Assembly (NCBI GenBank): GCA_002269645.1
Contig: NIVC01001481.1
Span: forward strand, 124,001 to 188,000
Length of the DNA stretch: 64,000 bases
Reading direction: 5' to 3'
DNA from: Macrostomum lignano
Lineage: Eukaryota
Part shown: piece by piece, positions 48,009 through 59,273 of the stretch
Layout of the letters: each line of letters opens with the position of its first letter
Position numbering within the stretch: the stretch's first letter is position 1
Notes under the pieces: generated by a model
Told to the model about the DNA's origin: nothing
The model's input: only the letters and a program-made list of their open reading frames with translations
The model's database searches: none
Program-made: the position numbers and the translations under genes

Positions 48009-48489
48009 GCTGTACGAGCCGATTGTTTGAAAATTAAACTTAATTACAATCACAAAGTATTATGAATTTAATATCGTACGAGTGTATTACAATGTATTGT
48101 ATCCATGGGGAAAATAGAGGAATTTTCAGAATCTATGCTATTCATATCCGCTTGCTTTTTTTCTATTTTTGTCTGTTGAGTCTGCTTAAAGTATTTGGTT
48201 CTCTATCTCTCTATTTGCCCGCCTCTCTTTTGCGTCCTCTTTGTCGCAGAGCTGGTTCGTTACGCATATATGAGTACAGATAATTATTGTCTAGTTTATT
48301 TTTGTCAGTTCTGCTACACAGCACAAGTCAGAGACCACTTCGAATAAACAGAGCTCCCGAGCACAGCCCATCAATTGTCTGCTTATATCATTTATAAATA
48401 CAGCCTACAGTACCACTGCATTCTGCTATTAAATATCGAAGACGTTACTTGAACTACTTTTATCATATTTCATTTTTAAAGCTGTTAAA

Positions 48490-48492
48490 GAC

Positions 48493-48566
<74 letters not shown>

Positions 48567-48607
48567 AAGACAGACAGAAAGACAGACAGACAGACAGACA
48601 GACAGAA

Positions 48608-48668
<61 letters not shown>

Positions 48669-48695
48669 GGCAGACACACAGACAGACAGACACTA

Positions 48696-48748
<53 letters not shown>

Positions 48749-48751
48749 CTA

Positions 48752-48782
<31 letters not shown>

Positions 48783-48845
48783 TAGACAGACAGACAGACA
48801 GACAGACACACAGACAGACAGACACTAAGACAGACAGACAGACAC

Positions 48846-48912
<67 letters not shown>

Positions 48913-48983
48913 CTAAGACAGACAGACAGACAGACAGACAGACAGGCAGGCAGACAGGCAGACAGACAGACAGACAGACACTA

Positions 48984-49064
<81 letters not shown>

Positions 49065-49155
49065 GGCAGACAGACAGACAGACAGACAGACGGACAGACG
49101 GATAGACAGACAGGCAGACAGACAGACAGACAGACAGACACTAAGACAGACACTA

Positions 49156-49239
<84 letters not shown>

Positions 49240-49247
49240 GGACAGAC
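48490..49247 (+). repeat. (GACA)n microsatellite with recurring cactaa / ggca interruptions
   Basis: Direct reading. Confidence 0.97.
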
Positions 49248-49749
49248 CGGCAGTGCTCCATAAAACAGAATTCTCAATTTTTTTTACCGGCGCAGCTGAA
49301 AATGGCAAAAACTGACCAATTAATCGATCGAAGAAAATCTGGGCTATCTACAGACGACACACACAGGAGAATTTTTCAAGCGCACAGCGATTTCAAACCG
49401 GTTCCGACTAGAAAAATGCTTGCAGAAAATTTTTCGAAATGATTTTTGAGGGCGGCTCAAGCAATTAGCCATACAGGGGTTTGGCTGTGGATTTGCCACG
49501 CCTAAACACGATTTCTAAAGGGGCAGCTGCATGGCCTTCACATGACGTCTTGCAGCCTCACTTCGCAAGTTATATTTTATAATAACTCCACCATCTCTAG
49601 AAACTCGATTGACATTTAAAAAAACGGTATAAATGAAAAAATATTCTCCTGACTGGCTACTGTCAGTGGCAGTTGATGGTTATTTTTAACTATTTTAAAG
49701 CAGAAAATTCTACTTTCGCCAAATATTTCACATCCTATGCGAATATAGC

Positions 49750-50655
49750 TAACTAACTAACTAACGAACTACTTCTTGACTTAGCTGCAGGGCGGTCCGA
49801 AGACGCAGCGGGGAGGCGAGCGTCGCCCATTCCGCAAATCCCTGAGAAGCCCGCATAGGCAAGAGCGCGGGGCCGGTCAGGGAGGTCTTTGACTTAGCTG
49901 CAGGGGGCTCCGTGCATCCGGATGCAGCGAGGAGGCGCTGCTGCCCATTTGGCTAATCCCTGGCGACCAGGAGGGAGTTCAGGAGAGTCCAGGAGGTGGA
50001 TGGTCGCTCGCCCGGTAGCCCTTAGGTAGCGGACGAGCTGGCATAGTTTCTTGGGTCTGAAAACGTCGGAGAGGTCCGGGTTTGGTCCGAGATAGGTGAG
50101 CCTGTCCTGAGTAAAGGCGGGGCATTCACAGATGAAGGGGCATAAAGGGGACAGATAGAGGGCCATGGTCACTGCCCTGATGTCCCTGCGGTTGAGTCCA
50201 AGCAGGGCGGTGAGGGGGGGTCTGCCGGGCCTGTCTGCAGCGTGGTCTTCGGTAGGGAAGACGGAGGATCGTTTGGTAGCCCGGAGAAACCGGCTCAGCC
50301 GTGGGATTTTTTTGGGCCTGCAAACGTCGTCCCAAGGGACGGGTTGGGCCCGAGGTAGTGTAGCCGGTCACGGTTCAAGGCCGGGCAGTAGCAGACGAAG
50401 TGCTTGGCGTCTTCGTTCTCGAGGTTGCAGAGGAGGCAGAGTTCGCTCCGGCGGACGCCTCGGAGGAAGCAGTGCCTGGCAAAGCAACCGTGACCTGTGA
50501 ATGTCATAGTGAGAGCGCGGATATCTTTTCGATTTTGGTTCAGAAGGGTTCTCCGCAACTTGAGGGACGGATTGGGCACTGCCGCTCGGGATTGGCGGCA
50601 GTCGGGAATGCCGTATCGTACATGGGTTTCCTGATCAATTGGTGGATACATTCAA
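49750..50655 (-). mobile_element. Stacked 3' fragments of LOA/Lian-like non-LTR retrotransposons with a (TTAG)n tail
   Basis: Copy A (about 50655-50255): [28 protein letters not shown]-x2-C..H..C.CPAL..YLGPNP..RPKK..RFLRAT. Copy B (about 50255-49885) repeats the same motifs with internal deletions. A third piece (49884-49778) is 3' UTR only. Tail ctaactaactaactaac at about 49750-49767. Confidence 0.82.
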
Positions 50656-51000
50656 GCCACACGATTTAGTGATTTTCAGGGCGAGGTTGCGAAACAACGT
50701 ACTTCCACGGCCATTGACTTTATCTGTGCCAAAATTTGTTCGACTCTGTGGATCCTGAGGCAAGAAAAAGGAGTTTATCGACGAGTTATCTGTTTAAGCC
50801 GAAACGTTAGGGATCGTAGCGCCGTTGAACATTTGGGTCGGCAGATGTACTCGCGGGCTAGTAGATTTCTGGTAAAGGCTTATGACGATGCCACAAGGGA
50901 TAAGGCCTCCAGCCATCTCTTGATAGACTTACACCAGGAAACGCCGGATATGATGAGACTATCAAGAGGGAGGATATTACGAGCTAGAAGCAAATTTTGA
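50655..51000 (+). mobile_element. Polinton/Maverick (adintovirus-like) A32/FtsK-type packaging ATPase, C-terminal relic
   Basis: From 50721: YLCQNLFDSVDPEARKRSLSTSYL, then a frameshift near 50790 to LSRNVRDRSAVEHLGRQMYSRASRFLVKAYDDATRDKASSHLLIDLHQETPDMMRL..F* (TGA 50998-51000). This matches the Polinton ATPase pattern TQNLF..R.ISLN..F.NPRD..I..L.RQ.YP...FL..AY.DAT..Y.YLLID....TP...RL as I recall it. Confidence 0.78.
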
Positions 51001-52312
51001 GAAACTGACTAAAGCGTATTAGTTTTTTGTGTTTTTTCATCGAATTATCGTACTTATCCAACCAATTCAGGACTATTAGGGACTAGGGACTATTATGTAA
51101 ACTTAAGCTCATAAGGTTGAATTCCTATTTGTCCCCTTGCTTGTTCTCTCCTATTTTCAGGTCCAATTTTTGTAACTTTTCTTGCCAAATCCAGCTTCCT
51201 CGCGTCACTGTGAGCAGAATGACCCATCATTTGTGTACACAGGTTACTCGGGCTCCACTTTATGAGCTCACACGCCTTCAGTTGACAGGCCCTTTGTCTC
51301 CACTCTGTTATCATTTGTCAAATTATTAAACAAAGGTTACGATATTAGGCCCGTCCTAGAAAAAATCGAAATAAAACTAGTATATGCGTTTTATTAAATA
51401 ACAATTAAATATTAATCAAAACAAAGACTACAGACTAATAAATTGGACAGTGACTGATTGCTATTGGAATAAAGCGTACTGCAGAAAAAACATAATTCGA
51501 GCGGTACAGGTTAATTTCAGAATTTGAATCAGGTAAAATATTGCATTGAAGTATTGCAAAAAAATACTCTATTTTCCTTCAACAAGCAAAAAAATTTCAT
51601 GAGGAAGAACTGACTGATTACAAGATAAATATATAAATTATATAAATATTATACATTGCAATTCGATTTTATTATAATTGCTATTGCCAGTATAGTATCA
51701 GACACGACACGAGTGTTTTATCATTCTACCGCTGTAAAAATCTGAAGTTTCCTCCCACAATCACTAGATGGGACAATCGGCACATTTGCGTGTAAGCTAC
51801 TAACAATTCAGTAGATGGTTCAGTATGAAGCATTTTACTGTGTTTTAGGACAAGACTAATTTTTCTTCACAAAATCTCGACCCACGCCCCGCCTCTCAAT
51901 TTTTATTGCCTTCCTCGGTGTTCCGCCTAAAGCTAGCATGATTATATAGACTCGTTTATTGCCCTCTAATTGGCCCCCTGGCCGCTACTTTCCACAAAAT
52001 CTCTACCCCCGCGCCCGCCTCTTATTGGCCCTCCGGCCGCGACTTGAGTTCCTGTCTAAAGCTGCCTGTCATGTACATTTTCAATAATGCTGGCTAATGT
52101 ACATTACGGTTGATCTCATAGCGAGTTGTTTACGTCTGCAAAACTCCAAACTGATTTTCTGTTCATAAAATAGCTTATGCATTCTTCCTTGCTACTGAAC
52201 TGAAAGTAGAGAAACACACTTTTTCGAGCCAATGTTACACAGACGGCCCATCTAGTTTGTGAATAGCTTCTGAAATATTCGTCTCTCATTTCTGTAAATT
52301 GTGCTGTGCAGT

Positions 52313-53818
52313 TCACGTTAGTGGTGGCAGTTGCTTCACAGCCGCCGTCCTCTTGATGGGGCCTCGCTTCGGGTCGATGACACGCTGATCTGGTGGAATA
52401 TTTCTGTAAAGTGAAAAGTCAAGAGAAAAAATACACTAAAAGGATAGGAACAATTGAAATTTCGCCGGAACTTTGCCTTGTCTCTGTATGTTGGCAGAGA
52501 TCATGATTACATCAGAAAAAGCTTGATAAAACTTGTGAATGCACCTCAAAATAAAACACATCCTAGTTGTTGCCTCATTGGAAATACTGAAGTCCTGAAA
52601 GTAGAGTCGTGGTAAGGTACATCGAGATCGAGATCTTTTGAATGAATCCCAGGATGCTTTGATCAAGATCAAGGGTAATCGTCGCTGCACTTACTTGAGC
52701 GAAATACCGTGCCTCTTTCCCTGGTGAGCCGATTCGCGATTGACCAAGTCAGCCGAAAAGTTCGCAGCGTCTGCTGGCTGCACGGACAGTCGCAGGGCGT
52801 TGAGCTGCGCGCTTACAGAGCTGGCGTTCTGTTGAACCGCCTTTCGCTCCTCGTTGGCCTTGTGATATGCCTGATAGTAGCATGTAGCGGGTTTTGGTAG
52901 AATTAATGTACTTTATGGACGTTTCAAGATTTTTGGACAAATTCAAATCGAAGGGCTGGAATTGAGAGCCAATTGACATTTAAGAATGCAATTAGATTTC
53001 GAGAGACGGGACTTACAAGTATATACAGTAGTTGTATGTAAATATAGCTTTGTAGCTTTTTTCTAGAGTGTTATAAATTTTTACCTTGGCTTCTTGTTCG
53101 ATCCGCAGCTCAATGTCAAACAACTGATTCATCAAAGCTCGCTTCTCAGCCTCCAAAGCGGAAAGAAGGCCGCTTGAAGCGTCATCGCCGAACTCCCCTG
53201 GTGGCGCGTTTGCTTTCGAGCTTTTCTTATCTAGAAAGTCGGGGAAAGCTTGCTTAATTTTATTGGCTTCAGTTTATTTGCTTAAGTTTATTCGATTTAA
53301 ACTATCCTCACATGACTGCGACTTGCTTGCTGCAGTGGCCACCTTGACTTGTAGCGTAGCCGCCTGCTTTCTTAGTTGTTCATTCATTTCCTGCTGAATT
53401 TCGTAGCGCGTCTTCCATTCGCTGTCTGCAAATCGAGTTGAATAAGTACGAACATAAAGCAATCATTAAAAAGTAAAAGTAAACCATATTTACTCCACTT
53501 TGAACTTCGAGGCTTACTTTGCTCATCACTATTTTGCCTTTGCTCTTCTAGCTCGGATATCGCAATATCAAGCTCGTCGCAGTAATTTTCAAGAGTGTCT
53601 CTGCAATTTTTGTGCACAAAAATTATCGTTGGGCTGTTTTTATGAAAAATGCCTGGATTGTCGAGGAGGTTTCTGTTCCGTAGACTGTAGCCATTGATTT
53701 TGCATTTGATACAGGACACAAATGGATTACACAGGCGAAAAATGCAAACTTACTTGTACTTTCTTTCTTGGGAAACAATAGACCGCAATTGATCTATTTC
53801 AAAATGTTCCGAAAACAT
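52313..53818 (-). CDS. CCDC169: CCDC169-like coiled-coil protein, 6 exons (53818-53754, 53684-53518, 53425-53312, 53230-53085, 52870-52695, 52403-52313), 252 aa
   Basis: All introns are GT-AG and phase-consistent (759 nt). Peptides LDIAISELE, SEWKTRYEIQQEMNEQL, LEAEKRALMNQL..RIEQEAKAYHKANEER and NIPPDQRVIDPKRGPIKRTAAVKQLP match the CCDC169 family pattern as recalled. Confidence 0.82.
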
Positions 53819-55469
53819 AGCGCATTCCCAGTACGTCAAGTTAAAACTAATACCAAACCAAAGTAGCTAGCTTTAAAAAGAATATTTACCATCAAGTTGA
53901 TTTTATGCACCACTCTATAAAATCAACTTTAAATTCCACTTTTTAAATATAAAATCTTTCTTATATGTTTTACGCAGCAGTTTTTTGACAAAACTCAGCT
54001 ACAAACTAGTCTACTTAAATAATAAAATTTAAACTTTTGATTTAGTACGTAAAATTTTTTAAACTCGTTGAATCTTCCGCGAAATATACAAGAAACCAAA
54101 CTGAAACTCCTTTAAATCCTCCTGTTTCGTATGCTGAAGTTTAATATGATATATATATTCTACAATTACACAAATTTTTACAAATACATTACCGTGTCTA
54201 ATATTCTTCAATGTGGTTAATCATTCTTTTTTCAAATTACTTAGTTTATTCATAGGATTTTCATTATACACTCTATTTCATTTTGTTAAATAAATAATTA
54301 TTATTCAAACAACCATTTACTAGATGAAAACTATACGTGCGTATGGATTCCGGTTTTTTTTTTTACTGTCCTAATACTTCTCTAAATTTTGAAAGAAATT
54401 AAACCCGGATTTCTGATGTAGGGATAAAATTTAATTTAATAATAGCATCTAGCGATATATTTATGGGTGTGGACCTGGGTGGGGGGGGGGGTCAAGGAGG
54501 CTATGGCTCCCCCCAGCCCCAGCTAGTGGCCAAAAATGGGCCATACTTTTTTATAACTATGCATCTTACATATAGATTTTCTAATATTTTCTTGTAGTTG
54601 CTTGATATAGCTTGCTTTTTAAAAATTATGACTATTTAGATTTCTATTAATATTACTATTGTATTAGAATAATAGGGCATAATATATGCTAATATTAAAA
54701 ATTATCAGATGGGATACTTTATTTTCTAAGTAAATATTTTATATATGCTATAAAATATAAAATATTTTTAATACCACTTATAAACTTATTATTATAAAGT
54801 AAAAATATACAGTTTTAGTACTAAAATTTATTGAAAACTTACCTTTTAAATTTAGTTATCCTTAGTATTTAAGTCTAGGTTAATATAAAAATTAGAAATC
54901 TTTTTAAGTTTTTTAATATCAATGACTCTAGCTAATAGTAATAGGTTATATCATCTAAGCAAAATTGTTTTCCTTGCAGCTAATACAAGAAGTACTACTG
55001 TTAATGTTATATAAGTACCTTATTAATAGGGATATGTATGTACTTGGCATTTTGTTGATTGCTTTTTGCTGATACCAGCACTTTGGACATTGCTAGCAGT
55101 GGTTTACATTTGTGTCTAGACCTTGTGTACCTCTTTTGACATGCTTGACTAGCTAATAATATAATTTGTTGTTATTGATTGTTATTAAAATAAAGAATTT
55201 TTGTTTAGATTTAACTTGATACATAATTTATGTTAAAAGTAAATTAATGTTTACTCATATGCATCATATTATTATTCTAGATTTGAGCAACTTTCCTAAA
55301 TATCATATTGTTACATTACTGCTTTAGTCTTGGCATACCTAGCTAAGAAAGTTTTATATAATATTTAATAACAAAAGACAAAGAATCTTATGCCAATGTA
55401 GCTTTAAACATTCAAAGCATTTTTGTTTTAATTTTTTTAAAAGCATCTAAACATTTTACCCAACTATCT

Positions 55470-56072
55470 ATGATGCTGAGTAGCAGCATCACCAGTGTGT
55501 GCGTGGCATCCTCTGATTTGCCCGCCTGCCAAGCAATCGGCCAATGGGACGCCAAAGTCATCATGGCTGTCTGCAGGCCACACCACCAACTACAGCAGCC
55601 TCGCCATCTCCTTCTGGTCGCCTTTGATCAGCACGCGGTGCACGAGCGCGTGCTCCTGGAGCACCTCGCCAAGCGTTGGTCTCGACATCCGCGCCGGCGC
55701 CAGTGCAGTCGCGCCAGGCTGCAGAGCGCCAGCTGCCGCGCCGCCATCCGATTCGGCGACATTCTTCGCCGTCGAGAATGCGCCGAACTGCTCAGCTTGC
55801 TGCGCCACTGCTCGGCGCCATTTCAGTGCGCGCACGGTAGGCAGGCTGTCTGGCCGATTGCCCGGCTCAACCCGTTGATCGATGAGGGAAAGGGCGACGC
55901 GGCTGACTACATTTTGGAGGCGTTGCGCTCTGCCGTCCCGACGCCCGCGCCCATTTCCGATTCAGTTTCGGGTCCGTCATCTGAGCAGCGCGCATTTTCG
56001 TCAACATTTCTATCTGACAGAGAGTTGCCATCGTTGGCTGTTGATTTCAAAGTTTGCTCGGACATTTTTTAA
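55470..56072 (+). CDS. MLH3: MLH3-like MutL C-terminal endonuclease/dimerisation module, 200 aa, with no ATPase domain and no regulatory subdomain
   Basis: GQWDAKVI (cf. GQVDxKFI), DQHAVHERVLLE (DQHA-x2-E-x4-E), SCRAAIRFGD (ACR motif) and CSAPFQCAHGR (the FQCAHGRP form is MLH3-type). GC/CpG-rich coding signature inside AT-rich flanks. The start codon, or terminal-exon status, is uncertain. Confidence 0.8.
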   Translation: MMLSSSITSVCVASSDLPACQAIGQWDAKVIMAVCRPHHQLQQPRHLLLVAFDQHAVHERVLLEHLAKRWSRHPRRRQCSRARLQSASCRAAIRFGDILRRRECAELLSLLRHCSAPFQCAHGRQAVWPIARLNPLIDEGKGDAADYILEALRSAVPTPAPISDSVSGPSSEQRAFSSTFLSDRELPSLAVDFKVCSDIF

Positions 56073-56562
56073 ATTGATTTAAGACATTTTTATTAGTTGG
56101 ATTTTTTAGATTAAAATTGGAATTAGAGCATTGTCTTGTTCTTTGTTGTCCTGCTAATTTTGACTATCTAGTGTATCTTAGATATGGAACTTTTTGTTGC
56201 CTTTCAAACTAATTTTAGAAGTTTTGAGTTAGTTTTTGATTAGACTGTTTGCCTTTGTGTCTCAATTTACTGACTACTGTTTACTGGAAAAACAAATCAG
56301 AACAACAAGCAGCTGAGCCATTTTTTAACCTCTTCAACTGGAGAGGCTGAGAATTATTTATTTTTTTACTTTCCTTTTTTGAAGCAATAGAAAATTAATT
56401 AAGTGAATGATCTATTGAATGAGCTTTCGTTTTAGAGCTAGTGGCATTTGTTTGTTACTTCTATTGTGGATAGTCTCTGACTCTTACTATAGGTTCCCAA
56501 ACGAATGAAATTTATAAAGACAGTTCAAGAAGCTTATACAGTCTTTCGTCAAGTAGATCTCC

Positions 56563-58137
56563 TTAATCAACAATGCTAGGGTTCGAGCAGGCGACATCTT
56601 CCGAGTTGGGATAGCCGTGATAGAAGATGTTCCACAGTATGCCGAACAGAATGAGCACAGAGGCGGCCACGATGGCTACGATGGACACCACGCCCTCCCA
56701 GGGCTTCTTGTCGATGTTGCGTAGCACAGGTGTGCCAACCAGCAGTCCAGCCAGCATGCCGCCAACATGAGCTGAGACGCTCATCGGCACCTTGAGCGTC
56801 AGAGCGTAGCGTCTGTAGGCTGCTACGCCAAAGTCTACGCCAACAAATAGTGTCAGGTAGACTAGCGTCATAACTCCGCTGAGCAGGAATTTCAACGGGT
56901 TGCTGCGGCACTTCAGCCAGTCGCTTTGCAGTTCCTCCCAGTTCATCAGCACCGTGGCGTAGTGAGCACCAATCAGAGAGTAGACTCCGCCAGATGCGCC
57001 AACCATAGCCGTCTTGGGATCGATGATGCTGCTGGCCAGGGCGCCGGCGAATACGCCGATTAAGAATACCGGGCCAACGCGCCAGATTTTGTGCACAGTC
57101 TCCAGTGGTACACCGAGAATGAGGCCGAGAACAGTGTTGAATACGATGTGATGGTAGCCGTCGTGCAGCAACATGTAGCTGATAAAGCGCCAAGCCTGCT
57201 GACGGACGCTTGGGCAGAACACTAACGGACTGTAGTAGGGCAGGCCACTCTCCCAGCTGACGTGGTTCCAGTCTGGTCCGCGGTTCAGCTCTACAGCGTA
57301 GATGATGAAGAAGATCCAGATGATCACGAACAGCAGAGGCATGAATATAGGCGGCGGTCTGCAGTTGTAGGCCTCCAGGTAGGACTCCTCCGGGATTGGC
57401 TCGCCTTCGTTTGCCGCTTCCTTCTTTGTTTCGCGAACCTTTCGCTTAGCGGCGGGCGTCAGCTTCTTAATGACCTTGTTAACTACTTTTTCGCTTTTTT
57501 TCACCTCGGTCTTTTTTGTATACTTCATGCCGTTGTAGAATTCGTTCCAGGACACCCGGCGATTGCCGTCCTTGTCCAGCTGTTTAAATAGGCATTTCAG
57601 CTTGTACTTGCGACCGAGCTCGTTCTCGTACTGTTTGATCAGGGCATCAAAATCTTCGATTAGCATGCCGCCCTGCGGTTCAAATGGTTCGAAGTGATGC
57701 TTGAAGGTTACTGTTAGCCATGCCCGGTAGCTCTCTTCGTCTACTCCACTTTGCTGCTGCTGTTCCTGCAGCTGCACGTAGGGGGGACCGCCGCCGCGGG
57801 AGCTGCCACCGCCCGGCTTGCGACTGCCGCCGCTGCCGCTTCCAGTGGTGCTGATTGTGACGCTGGCTGCTGGCGCGCGGCGTTGCGGCTGCTGCTGCTG
57901 TTGCTCCATCGGGATGTCCATGCCCGGATCAAAGGTGCCGTACTGTTGCTGCTGCTGCATCATGTCGGATTCTTCTTCTTTCTGCTGCTGCTGCTGCCGC
58001 TGGGGCTGCTGTCGTTGGGGCTGCTGTGGCTGCTGTTGCACCTGCTGCGTCATGTCGGGTTCCTCCTGCTGCTGTTCCTGGCCATAGTCGAAAGTGGCTC
58101 GGGCTCGACTAGGCTGTTGCTGTCGCTGCTGTTCCAT
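56563..58137 (-). CDS. Rhomboid intramembrane serine protease with an N-terminal poly-Gln region and an EF-hand (RHBDL/rhomboid-4-like), 524 aa, intronless
   Basis: EF-hand loop DKDGNRRVSWNE; QAWRFISYMLLH (WR motif); HIVFN; catalytic GASGG; AHVGG (catalytic His); multiple hydrophobic segments. Confidence 0.93.
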   Translation of the reverse strand: MEQQRQQQPSRARATFDYGQEQQQEEPDMTQQVQQQPQQPQRQQPQRQQQQQKEEESDMMQQQQQYGTFDPGMDIPMEQQQQQPQRRAPAASVTISTTGSGSGGSRKPGGGSSRGGGPPYVQLQEQQQQSGVDEESYRAWLTVTFKHHFEPFEPQGGMLIEDFDALIKQYENELGRKYKLKCLFKQLDKDGNRRVSWNEFYNGMKYTKKTEVKKSEKVVNKVIKKLTPAAKRKVRETKKEAANEGEPIPEESYLEAYNCRPPPIFMPLLFVIIWIFFIIYAVELNRGPDWNHVSWESGLPYYSPLVFCPSVRQQAWRFISYMLLHDGYHHIVFNTVLGLILGVPLETVHKIWRVGPVFLIGVFAGALASSIIDPKTAMVGASGGVYSLIGAHYATVLMNWEELQSDWLKCRSNPLKFLLSGVMTLVYLTLFVGVDFGVAAYRRYALTLKVPMSVSAHVGGMLAGLLVGTPVLRNIDKKPWEGVVSIVAIVAASVLILFGILWNIFYHGYPNSEDVACSNPSIVD

Positions 58138-59273
58138 TTAGTTGCAACTTGTCTTCACGACAATGCTACCGCGTTGCTTGGCCTTGTAGTTTGAATGTTT
58201 GGCTCAATCTGGTTGGGTATTATTATTGTATTTGGGCTCCGCTGTGAAAGCGACCGAAACGGGAATGAAGAGGAGTGGAGAGAGACTCGCAAAATTTTGG
58301 CTGCTACTTTCTTTATACCTCTCTTTTATTCATTCTTTAAGGGCGCGCACTCTGCATTCTGAGCTGCCTCTGCGGCGTGTTCCGCGTGTTCGATGGCCGA
58401 TGCTTGGGTTGGCTTGGAGCCTGAGAAGGATTGGGGCGGGTCGAGCTAATGTACGTTTGTATTGTGGTAGCAATGAATTCATTCTCTCTCTCTCTCCACA
58501 TTGTTGCGACTTGGCTATTGTTGTTATTGTCCATTTGAAGCTGCACCGCTGCCACCTCCATTTTCGAGTTAGCTGGCTAATTTTCGTGATTGAGCACAGC
58601 TTTGTGCCTGGGGCACAAAACATTGATGCGGGTAAAGTAGGGCATTACCTCAGGGTAGAGTAGAGACTAAATTTTACAACACTATCCAAAAGCAAAATGG
58701 ATTGATGCGCGTGTCTTGCGCCACTGCAGCACGTGTTTTGTTGACTGTCCTACTTTTCAATTTTGCACCGACTGCTTATGGCTTATAGTCACAAACAGAA
58801 GTGTTCTATTCTGATGCTTTGAGTGAGCCTGCTCTATAGGCTCTATGAGAATGTTCATATAAATTTTTAGTGTGCTTTATATAATGTAATGACAAGCAAT
58901 ACGTTAAGCCAGCATATAAATTTTTTAATTTTATTGAAAAATTCGAGCATTCAGTTTATAACTTTATGACGCAGCCAATCAGATTCAACCAATTCTGCTT
59001 TCGTCTATGGTGAAAACACCGCCTAAGATCTGTGGCACAGGCAGAGCATTGAATTCAAGACACGGAGCAGTTCAATTCAGACAAGTCATGCCCGCCAGAG
59101 CTGGAGAGGCCACCAGACAAAATCAATCTACAGGATTGGCGTTCCATGACAATGCAGAGAATCGCTGAGTCAGGCGCGGCTGTCATCACGGTTGACAAAA
59201 GTGCAGCAGCTGATTTACTCACACACTGCGCTTCCTGCTCCACTGTTTGGCCCGTGAAAACATCTGGTTGAGC

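Noticed and set aside
48429-49277. (DRQT)n and (SVCL)n ORFs
   Set aside because: Translations of a GACA microsatellite.
49778-49975. HDV-like ribozyme, suggested by CCTCCTCGCT and GCTAA on the minus strand
   Set aside because: I could not build P1/P2/P3/P1.1 pairings in the required nested order, and the location is a LINE 3' end rather than a 5' end. An RNArobo or Infernal search would settle it.
54465-54545. Poly-G segment resembling a hAT MITE left end
   Set aside because: I found no matching right TIR or TSD.
57751-58194. Leu/Cys-rich antisense ORFs over the rhomboid and EPS8 poly-Gln regions (also 61663-62418)
   Set aside because: Shadow ORFs of CAG-rich coding sequence.
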